Shown one piece after another: positions 1 to 8,536 of a DNA stretch of 64,000 bases. Made by a program: the position numbers and the translations under genes. The first letter of the stretch is position 1; every line of letters begins with the position of its first letter. The notes beneath the pieces were generated by a model that was not told where the DNA came from, did no database searches, and worked only from the letters and a program-made list of their open reading frames with translations. The stretch is from Candidatus Auribacter fodinae. Its GTDB lineage: Bacteria; Auribacterota; Auribacteria; Auribacterales; Auribacteraceae. Location: assembly GCA_003599815.1 (NCBI GenBank), contig QZJZ01000010.1, positions 15,050-79,049 of the forward strand, read 5' to 3'.

Positions 1-125
1 TGAGCGATATCTTTAATTCTAACGCTTGACTTTGCGCAGACAGCCGGGCAATTCACATGCATACAATATAAACAAATCACTATAAGTGCGATTAAACGAT
101 TACACATACGCCGGTTCTCCATTCA

Positions 126-749
126 TTAAAAAAGCGAAAACATATCCCGAAGCCATGTAAAAACACCACGCCGCTGATTGTCAGCGATAGGCCCTTTACC
201 TTCGTAATATATCTGCGCATCGGATATTAAATTCGAGTCAATAGTATTTTCTGGAGTCACATCACTGCGGCGTACAATCCCGCTGATGATGATTTTCTTC
301 TTGTCATTCGCCACTGAAATAATGCGGCTTCCCTGAATAAGCAGGTTTCCGTTCGGATAAACTTCTATCACCTTTGCAGATATTTCCGCAGTCAAGGTAT
401 CCTGTTCGGTTATCGCGCCTTTTCCTGTAAAATCTTTTTCCGTATCATATTCCCATGCAGGAAGTTCTCCATTGTGCGCCAGCACACCTTTCGATGCGGT
501 CTGCGGGTAAAGCCAGCTTGTTATAGAACCTTTATTGGATACATCTTTGCTGGTCGATGTTTCCGAACTTCTTTTTGCTGAAGTAGTTTCCTTTATAACA
601 ATAGTGATTATATCTCCAATCTGAGCCGCCTTGTCATCGGTAAACAATGATTGCCCCGAATAAGACTGATGCCACAGGGAATCGGCATACCCTTTTGAGG
701 CAACAATAAATAAGGCAATTAACAACATAACGGAAAACACGTTTCTCAT
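126..749 (-). CDS. flgH: Flagellar L-ring lipoprotein FlgH
   Basis: 207 aa with a signal peptide and lipobox-like N-terminus (MRNVFSVMLLIALFIVASKG). FlgH-like sequence throughout. A GGAGA ribosome-binding site sits 7 nt upstream. The start overlaps the flgA stop (ATGA), which suggests translational coupling. Confidence 0.85.
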   Translation of the reverse strand: MRNVFSVMLLIALFIVASKGYADSLWHQSYSGQSLFTDDKAAQIGDIITIVIKETTSAKRSSETSTSKDVSNKGSITSWLYPQTASKGVLAHNGELPAWEYDTEKDFTGKGAITEQDTLTAEISAKVIEVYPNGNLLIQGSRIISVANDKKKIIISGIVRRSDVTPENTIDSNLISDAQIYYEGKGPIADNQRRGVFTWLRDMFSLF

Positions 750-1735
750 CTCAAATTCTCCTGCGCCTCAATTTCAACAGTACGTACCCCAACAACACGG
801 GCAAAAAACAGTTTTTTGGAATCAGTGTTCTGGATGCGAATAAATTGCCCTACACAGCCATCCTCTTTAGCTACCCCGACGGTCTCGATTTGAAAATTTT
901 CATGTTTATACAGCACTTGTACAAGCTCTCTGCGATGAACAATAACCGGCATATCCACAAAATCGTCTTTTATAATTTTCTGAGCGGATATGCTTCTTGT
1001 CGCCACCATTCCCAGTACAAAGCGCGGGTCGCTCAGGGCATCCTGAGAACTCGGCTGCAGCTCACGTTTGGCCATCATGATATTAGCCGGAGAAAACATC
1101 TCTCCGCGTTTTATGTTTCGTGACGCGACAAGAACGTCTTTGAACACCCGTACCCTCAAAAACACATCCACACTTTTCTGGACTCTGCCGTCAACACTGA
1201 TAATTACCGAATACCGTACCTGCCCTATGTAACTCACTTTTGAGACAGGCACCACTTCAACCGTTACTGCGCCAAGACAAACTTCAACAGTTTCCGGCAT
1301 GCGAATCGGCTCGATAATAACCTCTTCTTCACTCCATGGCATAGTTTCTCTGATAAACGTTTCAACAACCGTTACCAGATCCTCTGCCAATACAGGCTGT
1401 AACTGAGGTTTTATGGTTGATACCTCAGCCCCGCTGAAACTGATGGTTTGCGCTTCTATTCCTTCCTGTCCCAGCCGGTATATGATTTCAGCAGGGGTAA
1501 TATTACGTTTTGCGGTTTCCATTTCAGGCACTTTACCCATGGGGATCCTGCCGATCATATCAGCAAGCGGCGTCTGCGCTCCGGTTATAGTAGCGATGTC
1601 GCCAATGGTAAACTCCTGAGACGCGAGTTGAACTTCTTTTTTCAGCTCTATTATAATGCCTTCCGCCTGCGCTATTCCCGAAAGAACAGGCACCAGCAGG
1701 AAAGATATAATCGATAAGAACCACCTGTTCACCAT
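746..1735 (-). CDS. flgA: Flagellar basal-body P-ring formation protein FlgA (SAF-domain), longer than typical
   Basis: 329 aa with an N-terminal signal peptide. It sits between flgG and flgH in the canonical position and has a FlgA/SAF-like C-terminal region. The assignment leans partly on synteny. Confidence 0.6.
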   Translation of the reverse strand: MVNRWFLSIISFLLVPVLSGIAQAEGIIIELKKEVQLASQEFTIGDIATITGAQTPLADMIGRIPMGKVPEMETAKRNITPAEIIYRLGQEGIEAQTISFSGAEVSTIKPQLQPVLAEDLVTVVETFIRETMPWSEEEVIIEPIRMPETVEVCLGAVTVEVVPVSKVSYIGQVRYSVIISVDGRVQKSVDVFLRVRVFKDVLVASRNIKRGEMFSPANIMMAKRELQPSSQDALSDPRFVLGMVATRSISAQKIIKDDFVDMPVIVHRRELVQVLYKHENFQIETVGVAKEDGCVGQFIRIQNTDSKKLFFARVVGVRTVEIEAQENLR

Positions 1736-1742
1736 AAAACTA

Positions 1743-2525
1743 TTACCTCAACTGATTGGCGATCTGCAGCATTTCGTCGGCAGTCCGTATTGCCCTTGAG
1801 TTCACTTCATACGCACGCTGAGCAATAATCATATTTACCAGTTCGTCTACTATTTCAACATTTGACAACTCTAAAAATCCCTGAGCCATAGTTCCCCGCC
1901 CTTCAAGCCCCGCAACACCAGTCGATGGCGCTCCGGACGCTTCTGTTTCCAGCAGCAAGTTGCGCCCCTGTGCGCTTAAACCCGCAGGATTGGCAAATGT
2001 AGCAATGGTTATCTGCCCGACATTGCTGATGGAACCGTCGTCCAGAATCGCTGAGACGGTACCGTCCTGCCCGATACTAACTTGTTTTGAATTTGTGGGA
2101 ACCGAAATCGCCGGCTGAAGAACAAATCCGTCATTATTTACGATACTCCCGTTTGCATCGAGGTTAAACGACCCGTCACGTGTATAGGCTATCGTTCCAT
2201 CCGGCTGAAGTATCTGAAAAAAGCCGTCACCTTCTATCGCGATATCAAGATCGTTCCCTGTAAGGGTAATTGTTCCCTGAGTGAACAGTTTGCTTATCGC
2301 CACCGGCTTCACACCAAGCCCGACCTGCATTCCTTCAGGCACCTGATTACCATCGGCAGTTTCAGAACCCGCCGCTTTAAGTGTCTGGTAGAGCAAATCC
2401 TGAAAATCTATCCTGCTCTTTTTGAAACCAGTCGTATTGACGTTGGCAAGGTTGTTTGCAATGGTATCTACGTATAACTGTTGAGCCTTCATTCCTGTCG
2501 AAGAAGTAAAAAGCGCACCTAGCAT
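1743..2525 (-). CDS. flgG: Flagellar basal-body distal rod protein FlgG
   Basis: 260 aa. The N-terminus MLGALFTSSTGMKAQQ...IANNLANVNTTGFK and the C-terminus ...AQRAYEVNSRAIRTADEMLQ are the classic rod-protein terminal motifs. A strong AGGAGG ribosome-binding site is present. Confidence 0.85.
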   Translation of the reverse strand: MLGALFTSSTGMKAQQLYVDTIANNLANVNTTGFKKSRIDFQDLLYQTLKAAGSETADGNQVPEGMQVGLGVKPVAISKLFTQGTITLTGNDLDIAIEGDGFFQILQPDGTIAYTRDGSFNLDANGSIVNNDGFVLQPAISVPTNSKQVSIGQDGTVSAILDDGSISNVGQITIATFANPAGLSAQGRNLLLETEASGAPSTGVAGLEGRGTMAQGFLELSNVEIVDELVNMIIAQRAYEVNSRAIRTADEMLQIANQLR

Positions 2526-2558
2526 TTATTTTCCTCCTGAACTATATATTATATATTG

Positions 2559-3332
2559 CTATACTCTACCGATTTCATTGACACTTCTTGCTAACACTTC
2601 GCTGTGATTTTTCAGAATTTTTTGATTCGTTTCATACAGGCGCATGTTTGTAATCATAGACACCATCTCATCAAGAATATTGACGTTGGATTCTTCAAGA
2701 TATCCCTGACTCAGGACAAAATCTTCACCGACTAACGTTTGCTCATCCTTTGGTTTAAAGAGGCTGTAACCAAGAGGCTGCATTTGAGAAGGGTCTTCAA
2801 CATCCACAATTTTCAGTTTTCCGATTCTTTCACTCTTCCCATCCTTCAGAACTGAAACGTCACCCGACGCATCAATGGTGACACCGCGTACAATAGCAGG
2901 ATTGGCATCTTCATTCTCAAATACACGCAATTTACCGTTTTCACCGAGCACAAAATAACCTTCGGGAGTAACCAGATACCCCTCTTTATTAAACGTGAAC
3001 CGGCCGTTGCGCGTATAAAGTTCCTGCCCATCGACGTTCAGTGCAAAAAAACCTTCTCCCTCTATGGCGATATCCAGAGGGTTCCCTGTATGTTTCAGCC
3101 TGCCCTGTTCGAAAATAGTGTATGGATCAGTCGTTTTGACTCCTCCGACCTGATCTTTAAGATGCGGGTATGCCTGCATGTACTGATCAAAATCTTTTGT
3201 ATATTCTCTGCATACAGCATTCTGTCGTTTGTGGCCCGTAACGCTTGCTTTCGCGATATTGTTGGCAATCAGTTCATGGAGCTGAGCCTGAGCTATAAGC
3301 CCGGAAGCGGAATTGTAGAGACCCTCAAACAT
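2559..3332 (-). CDS. flgF: Flagellar proximal rod protein FlgF/FlgG family (start corrected to internal Met MFEGLYN)
   Basis: Rod-protein N-terminal motif MFEGLYNSASGLIAQ...IANNIAKASVTGHK. An AGGAGG site lies 5 nt upstream of the ATG at 3332. The 20 codons upstream of that (to 3392) overlap a sigma-54 promoter and are not coding. Confidence 0.75.
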   Translation of the reverse strand: MFEGLYNSASGLIAQAQLHELIANNIAKASVTGHKRQNAVCREYTKDFDQYMQAYPHLKDQVGGVKTTDPYTIFEQGRLKHTGNPLDIAIEGEGFFALNVDGQELYTRNGRFTFNKEGYLVTPEGYFVLGENGKLRVFENEDANPAIVRGVTIDASGDVSVLKDGKSERIGKLKIVDVEDPSQMQPLGYSLFKPKDEQTLVGEDFVLSQGYLEESNVNILDEMVSMITNMRLYETNQKILKNHSEVLARSVNEIGRV

Positions 3333-3370
3333 ATTTTCCTCCTGTATACTTTTTTCTGCAGGAGCTAAGA

Positions 3371-3387
3371 TGCAATACGTATGCCAA
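3371..3387 (-). promoter_or_regulatory. Sigma-54 (RpoN) -24/-12 promoter for the flgF-flgG-flgA-flgH operon
   Basis: The minus strand reads TTGGCATACGTATTGCAT. That is GG-N10-GC with the TGGCA and TTGCA contexts, matching the TGGCAC-N5-TTGCA consensus. It lies about 40 nt upstream of the flgF ATG. Confidence 0.5.
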
Positions 3388-3556
3388 TACACTTTTTTTC
3401 ACCGGTTGACAAAATCTAAGCTTATATTAAGTTCATACTGGCTATTTTCGAATATGTTGCAAATATCAACAAACTGTTTGAATTAATTTCACAAAGTGCT
3501 GACAGGAAAAATTTTCCTACCGCAAACAGCACAGAAAAATATCTCTGTCTGTTAGC

Positions 3557-3585
3557 TTGTTTATTTAACCGCTTGATGCTATAAT
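3557..3585 (+). promoter_or_regulatory. Putative sigma-70 promoter for folE (-35 TTGTTT, 17 nt spacer, -10 TATAAT), implying a ~190 nt leader
   Basis: TATAAT at 3580-3585 with TTGTTT at 3557-3562. This is the only consensus -10 in the 390 bp intergenic region upstream of folE. Confidence 0.3.
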
Positions 3586-3784
3586 AATCAAATTGTTAAT
3601 ATTTGGAGAGCGATGAAAAAGTCATAAAAGAATGTCATTGCGAAGCTCAGAAAGGACTGCGGCAATCTCAGCTTTATACATTTTTAGATTACCGCGTAGC
3701 TAACGTTCTTCGTGATGACATTAAAAAAACAAAACTTAGAAACTTTTTCAGCACCTTCCAGTCTTTAAATTTAAGGAGTTTTTT

Positions 3785-4342
3785 ATGGAATCAGCTATAA
3801 GGAAAATCATTGAACATATTGGAGAAGACCCCAACCGCGAAGGGCTTGTACGCACGCCACACCGGGTTGCGGAAGCATACAAATATCTCACCAAGGGATA
3901 CTCGGTTGATATCGATTCACTTATCAATGGCGCCGTATTTAGCGAAAAATACGACGAAATGGTTATTGTGCGAGACATAGACTTTTACAGCCTGTGCGAA
4001 CATCATATGCTTCCTTTTTACGGTAAATGCCATATTGCCTACCTTCCTAACGGTAAAGTCATGGGATTAAGTAAACTGCCTCGTATTGTAGAGACGTTCA
4101 GCAGAAGACTGCAAATTCAGGAACGACTCACCAACGAAATAGCAGAGTGCCTGATGAAACACCTTAACCCTCTTGGAGTTGCGGTTGTCATGGAAGCAAC
4201 TCACCTTTGTATGGTTATCAGAGGCGTGGAGAAACAGAACGCATTCGCTACAACCAGTTCGATGCTCGGCGCCTTCAGAAGCGACAGAAGCACAAGGATG
4301 GAATTTTTGAATTTAATACAATTGCCCCGATTAAACAGATAG
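3785..4342 (+). CDS. folE: GTP cyclohydrolase I
   Basis: 185 aa. The stretch ...[12 protein letters not shown]...[21 protein letters not shown]...KLPRIVE...RLQIQERLT is unmistakable FolE. A good AAGGAG ribosome-binding site is present. Confidence 0.9.
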   Translation: MESAIRKIIEHIGEDPNREGLVRTPHRVAEAYKYLTKGYSVDIDSLINGAVFSEKYDEMVIVRDIDFYSLCEHHMLPFYGKCHIAYLPNGKVMGLSKLPRIVETFSRRLQIQERLTNEIAECLMKHLNPLGVAVVMEATHLCMVIRGVEKQNAFATTSSMLGAFRSDRSTRMEFLNLIQLPRLNR

Positions 4343-4395
4343 TTCAACCGGGGCAATTTATATCGTTTGCCTGTTCAGGCAGTTAGTGCATAAAA

Positions 4396-4713
4396 CTATA
4401 ACGAATTCAAAATACTTGATGCGGTATCTTCCAATACTTCGCGGTTATTTTCATAAAACCCGCTCTGAATACGCTCTTTAACACGATTAACCACTTCAGG
4501 GCGTACTGACGGCATTTTACGGGCTATATCAGTATATTTCTGTATTTCCTGCGCTGTACGCGCCTGATCTGATATCTGTAAAGAATCGGTATGTCGTGAT
4601 ACCTGAGCATCTTCAGCCGTCTTTGTACTGCGTGCCGAAGTCTGGGTCGGATTATTTCGTATTTCCCCTGCACGAATCTGACGGGTTATATTGTTTATAT
4701 TCTTTATCTCCAT
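4396..4713 (-). CDS. flgM: Anti-sigma-28 factor FlgM
   Basis: 105 aa, Ser/Thr/Gln-rich and predicted disordered in the N-terminal region. The C-terminal region RPEVVNRVKERIQSGFYENNREVLEDTASSIL matches the FlgM sigma-28-binding helix. A sigma-28 promoter lies upstream. Confidence 0.7.
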   Translation of the reverse strand: MEIKNINNITRQIRAGEIRNNPTQTSARSTKTAEDAQVSRHTDSLQISDQARTAQEIQKYTDIARKMPSVRPEVVNRVKERIQSGFYENNREVLEDTASSILNSL

Positions 4714-4748
4714 AACCTACTCCCTCTTTTATTTTGTGCTCATTACCA

Positions 4749-4775
4749 TTATCGGTAAAAGCATAAACTCTTTTA
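4749..4775 (-). promoter_or_regulatory. Sigma-28 (FliA) promoter for flgM
   Basis: The minus strand reads TAAA-N15-ACCGATAA, one mismatch from the TAAA-N15-GCCGATAA consensus. The -10 element ends about 36 nt upstream of the flgM ATG. Confidence 0.55.
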
Positions 4776-4940
4776 GGAAAAATTTTCCTATCACCGCATA
4801 TTTTTGAGATCATTTTACAATTTTCTTCATACCAATATGTTATAAAATCACTCAAAATTCTGTTAATAGGTTGTTATCGTCACTTACAACGATTACTTTA
4901 TTCTTGAAGGAAAATAGTTTCTATTATTGGAAAGCTTTAT

Positions 4941-6071
4941 TTAATTCAAATCGATTATCTTTTTGTTTTTATATACATCTATCATCTTCTCAAACGAATC
5001 ACAGCTTTCCGCTGTTTGAGCCCATTCCAGCATCTCATCTATTCCGAGTTCAAGCGAGACGGGCAGAAATATGCCAAGATCATGTTGTAAACGGGATGTG
5101 TCAGCATAACACGCCCTGATGTCTCCGCGACGGTACATATGGCTGATACTGGGCTGAATCTTAGAACTCATCACACGTGCTATAATTCCCGCCAGTTTCA
5201 TGATAGATACCTGCCTGCCGCTGCCGACATTATAAACGCGGCACTTATCATCTGAGGAATATATCATTCGCATTAAGATTTCTATCGCGTCATGTATCCA
5301 TATAAAATCACGTATTTGCCCACCGTCCTCAAAAAGGATCGGTGTTTTTTTTCGTTTAAGGCGATTAATGATGACCGGAATTATACCGGCGAACTGATTG
5401 GTTAATGACTGGCGAGGGCCATAGACCGGAAAAAATCGCGCTATTGCGGCAGGAAACGAATACTCCCTGCTGAAATTTTTTACCATCGTTTCCTGTACAT
5501 GTTTGGTTAACGCATATGAACTGGACGGATTCGTTACCCTGTCTTCAGGTGTTGGTATCGCTTCAAGATCATGCCCGCATTTATCACAGGCCGGCTGGTA
5601 ATGATGTTTTTTTATAGATTCCTCATCTCTGGACACCATGTCCTTTACGCCGCATGAAGGGCATATATAAGAACCTTCACCATAGACACACCATGATGAG
5701 CCGAGCACAAATTTTTTACAGCAATGCTCCCCATTAGCCAGAATGTCAAGAATATTGACCGTACCGCCCACATTCACGTCCCAGTAATCCTTGATGTTCC
5801 ATAATGAGGGCATGATACCAACCCTTGACGCAAGGTGCACTATGACTGACTGGTCTTTTATTATTGTACGTAAATGATCGTAATCACAAACATCCCCTTT
5901 GATGAAAAATGCCTTGTGATTCATATACGCAGGCGGTTTTCCGTCTGGATGGATAAGCGGGTCAAGGGTATCCAGAATAGTTACTTCATGTCCTTCGGCA
6001 ATAAGCCTGTCAGCCAGATGCGACCCGATAAATCCCGCACCGCCGGTTATCAATACATGTTCCATGCTCAA
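4941..6071 (-). CDS. NAD-dependent sugar epimerase/dehydratase (extended SDR) with an inserted CxxC...CxxC zinc ribbon
   Basis: Rossmann motif TGGAGFIGSHL and the catalytic SYALTKH (S...YxxxK). A roughly 40 aa insertion containing four cysteines lies between the central strand and the catalytic Tyr: C137 and C140 (...YICPSCG...), C162 and C165 (...ACDKCGH...). Confidence 0.8.
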   Translation of the reverse strand: MSMEHVLITGGAGFIGSHLADRLIAEGHEVTILDTLDPLIHPDGKPPAYMNHKAFFIKGDVCDYDHLRTIIKDQSVIVHLASRVGIMPSLWNIKDYWDVNVGGTVNILDILANGEHCCKKFVLGSSWCVYGEGSYICPSCGVKDMVSRDEESIKKHHYQPACDKCGHDLEAIPTPEDRVTNPSSSYALTKHVQETMVKNFSREYSFPAAIARFFPVYGPRQSLTNQFAGIIPVIINRLKRKKTPILFEDGGQIRDFIWIHDAIEILMRMIYSSDDKCRVYNVGSGRQVSIMKLAGIIARVMSSKIQPSISHMYRRGDIRACYADTSRLQHDLGIFLPVSLELGIDEMLEWAQTAESCDSFEKMIDVYKNKKIIDLN

Positions 6072-6099
6072 AGCGCCCTCCCGGTAACCATCGACTGAT

Positions 6100-6669
6100 T
6101 CAACGCCTGAAATATCTGAATATCAGGGCAAACGGGCTTAACAGTACCATAAGAAAAGCTGTGTAGGCTATCAATAAAAACGTAAAAAAAAGATTTATTC
6201 CAAAGATGGCATAACTGAATACATACTCTACTGCTTTTTTATAGAATCGATTCGGTTTTAAAACTGAAAGAAAACCATCTGGATCCAGAGTAAGTTTATA
6301 ACGCGAGTTCAGCCAGTACGCGTACAAATCAACATTGAAATACCGCGCCATTCCGTTTTGAACCCCATATAGTATAAACACTGCGTCATATTCCTTATTA
6401 CGAAACTCGCGATAATGATCTCCCAGCCGGGCCAGTGTAAAACCTGATGCGTCTTGGGTTTCATATATATTATGAATTTCAGGATACGATTCGCAAGGAT
6501 GCGGAACGCTGTTTTTTACTCGTAAAATATCTACCTGCGCATGTTCGTATTCTTCACGAATCAGCTTAAAAGCAGTCTCCATGGATGGAGAATACGACCG
6601 GATAACCAGTACTTTTTGTATATCATAAACAAAATGTTTACCATTGTTGAGCTGATCCATTCCGAACAA
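6100..6669 (-). CDS. Hypothetical protein with C-terminal transmembrane anchor, embedded in glycosylation operon
   Basis: 189 aa ORF in operon context with tight spacing to both neighbours. It has a hydrophobic C-terminus (FGINLFFTFLLIAYTAFLMVLLSPFALIF). I recognise no motif. Confidence 0.4.
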   Translation of the reverse strand: MFGMDQLNNGKHFVYDIQKVLVIRSYSPSMETAFKLIREEYEHAQVDILRVKNSVPHPCESYPEIHNIYETQDASGFTLARLGDHYREFRNKEYDAVFILYGVQNGMARYFNVDLYAYWLNSRYKLTLDPDGFLSVLKPNRFYKKAVEYVFSYAIFGINLFFTFLLIAYTAFLMVLLSPFALIFRYFRR

Positions 6670-6672
6670 ACC

Positions 6673-7641
6673 CTACCGTTTATCAATATTGTTATAGGCA
6701 TTGTCCCAGTCTCTGTGCCCATGGATGAACAAGGAATAGCGCTTCAACACCATTTTGGGCATTTTCCACGCGGCGCTGATCCGGCTACGCAGGAAACTGA
6801 ACCCGCGGCGCGTCTGTGAAAATTGGCGCGCCATATCAATCTGGTGACTGATAATATCCATAAAATGAACTATAAGCCAGTCCCGCTTATAATTTTTTAC
6901 GATAGTAAACAGCTTATTCCTGTTGGTCAGAAATACGTGACGAGGGCTGAGCGCGCCCAGCGTGGCACTGCCGTGGTGATAACACTTCGCTGATGGAACA
7001 TACAACGCCTTATACCCCGCAAGCAATGACCGGAAATCAAGATCAACATCTTCCATATAGGCAAAATAATCCTCGTCAAAAAAACCGATCTCATCAAAAA
7101 GACTGCGGCGATACACCGCCGCTCCGGCACATGCCCCGAACACATATTTCTGCTGATCGAATTGCCCGTTATCAAGCTGATTATGTCCCCGATTAGTAGG
7201 CGCTCCTCCGGCTGAAAAAGCATCACCCGCGGCATCAATCATCTCACGATGTTTTGCGTTGAGCATTTTACCCGATGCCATACCGCACTGCGGATCTTGT
7301 CTGAGCGTTTCTATCAAAACCGCAAAATAGTCGGATTCGATTTCAACATCATTATTGATGAGCGCAATATATTCTCCTGAAGCGGCCTTTATACCCGCGT
7401 TGCAGGCCGCCGCAAACCCTTTATTTTTTTTGAAGGAGATCATCTTGACGTCAGGAAACGATGTCTCCACCAATTTAACAGAACCATCCTTACTGCCATT
7501 ATCGACAACAATGAGCTCGTAGTCAGTAAAGATGTTTCTCTGCATTGATTTAAGGCACGCCTCCAGATACATTATTCCGTTCCAGTTCGGGATAATGACA
7601 GAAACCCTGTTTTTTATAAACCGTACTGCTTTGAGAGCCAT
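6673..7641 (-). CDS. Glycosyltransferase family 2
   Basis: VSVIIPNWNG...ELIVVDNGS.DGS...DxD-type motif (NNDVE) is typical of GT-A/GT2. The start is placed at the internal Met (MALKAV) to avoid overlapping the upstream gene; the longest ORF extends to 7701. Confidence 0.8.
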   Translation of the reverse strand: MALKAVRFIKNRVSVIIPNWNGIMYLEACLKSMQRNIFTDYELIVVDNGSKDGSVKLVETSFPDVKMISFKKNKGFAAACNAGIKAASGEYIALINNDVEIESDYFAVLIETLRQDPQCGMASGKMLNAKHREMIDAAGDAFSAGGAPTNRGHNQLDNGQFDQQKYVFGACAGAAVYRRSLFDEIGFFDEDYFAYMEDVDLDFRSLLAGYKALYVPSAKCYHHGSATLGALSPRHVFLTNRNKLFTIVKNYKRDWLIVHFMDIISHQIDMARQFSQTRRGFSFLRSRISAAWKMPKMVLKRYSLFIHGHRDWDNAYNNIDKR

Positions 7642-7663
7642 GATATCTTTCCGTACTATTTTA

Positions 7664-8026
7664 TCACCCGATAGAACTGCCCGGCGCGACATCACTGTCA
7701 ACCGTCAGCAGAGCCAAACCTTTTTCATCCCGCGCGGCAAGCAGCATACCTTGAGACACAATGCCCCTCAGCTTGGCTGGCTTTAAATTTGCAACCACGA
7801 CTATTTTTTTCCCGATCAACTGTTCGGGCGAATAATACTGCGCTATACCCGCAACGAGTGTGCGTTCCTCATCTCCAAGTGAGATACTCAGTTTCATCAG
7901 CTTCTCCGTTTCAGGAACCGGTTCCGCAGTAAGAATCTGAGCAACCCTTAGCTTCACGGAAAAAAACTCTTTAATATCAATTAAACCGTCATCCTGAGAA
8001 ACGGTTTGTTTTGCCTGTTCTTCCAT
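7664..8026 (-). CDS. Stand-alone tRNA-binding domain protein (CsaA/Trbp111/MetRS C-terminal-like OB fold)
   Basis: 120 aa. The sequence ...LRVAQILTAEPVPETEKLMKLSISLGDEERTLVAGIAQYY...LIGKKIVVVANLKPAKLRGIVSQGMLLAA matches the EMAP/CsaA tRNA-binding domain signature. A GAGGAG ribosome-binding site is present. Confidence 0.75.
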   Translation of the reverse strand: MEEQAKQTVSQDDGLIDIKEFFSVKLRVAQILTAEPVPETEKLMKLSISLGDEERTLVAGIAQYYSPEQLIGKKIVVVANLKPAKLRGIVSQGMLLAARDEKGLALLTVDSDVAPGSSIG

Positions 8027-8042
8027 TATATACTCCTCTGCT

Positions 8043-8504
8043 TCATTTATTCTCGCTCAGATTTTTCTCGATAGTATCTATTTCATACCCGCAATTCCTC
8101 AACAAGGCATACCGCTTTCTGCTAGCCAAAACCAGATTGTCATCATACTTTTCGGCAAAATCGACTATGCGGGGAAATCGTTCAATAAACGCCATATCAC
8201 GTTCAGTATAATCCGACGCTACGATAAGATAATCATAATGCCGGGCAAGCCGTTGCATCCCCCCTATCACCACCGGGCTTTCAACTCTTTTTTCAGGGCG
8301 GAATACCTCATGCGGAACAAAAGACGACGGCTTGAATGTCCATAAAAGATCGTCCAGAATTCCGGCTTGTTCAGGGGTACCGGCGTAAATATAAACTGAA
8401 TTTCCCTGCTCATAACGATGCTCAGTTATAGCACAGATATAATTGTTCTTTTCAGGTTCGTGGAGAATATAAAACCACGCTCGTTTATGAACAGGCTCAG
8501 TCAT
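8043..8504 (-). CDS. holC: DNA polymerase III chi subunit
   Basis: WFYILHEP...ICAITEHRYEQGNSVYIYAGTPEQAGILDDLLWTFKPSSFVPHEV aligns motif-for-motif with E. coli HolC (TFYLLDND...LVCEIAAERWRSGKRVLIACEDEKQAYRLDEALWARPAESFVPHNL). The C-terminal VDF motif is also conserved. Confidence 0.75.
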   Translation of the reverse strand: MTEPVHKRAWFYILHEPEKNNYICAITEHRYEQGNSVYIYAGTPEQAGILDDLLWTFKPSSFVPHEVFRPEKRVESPVVIGGMQRLARHYDYLIVASDYTERDMAFIERFPRIVDFAEKYDDNLVLASRKRYALLRNCGYEIDTIEKNLSENK

Positions 8505-8536
8505 TGACGATACAGAATCCTCTAAGCAAATCAGGT

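Noticed and set aside
3333-3392. 20-codon N-terminal extension of the flgF ORF (MYWHTYCILAPAEKSIQEEN)
   Set aside because: It overlaps the sigma-54 promoter and the AGGAGG ribosome-binding site. The rod-protein N-terminal motif begins exactly at the internal Met, so the extension is not coding.
3603-3800. 65 aa ORF (TTG start) upstream of and overlapping the folE start
   Set aside because: No ATG start or ribosome-binding site. It lies in the folE leader/promoter region and overlaps the folE start codon, so it is most likely a six-frame artefact.
4652-4855. 67 aa minus-strand ORF overlapping the flgM N-terminus and its sigma-28 promoter
   Set aside because: It overlaps a well-supported gene in a different frame and covers the promoter elements. 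No ribosome-binding site.
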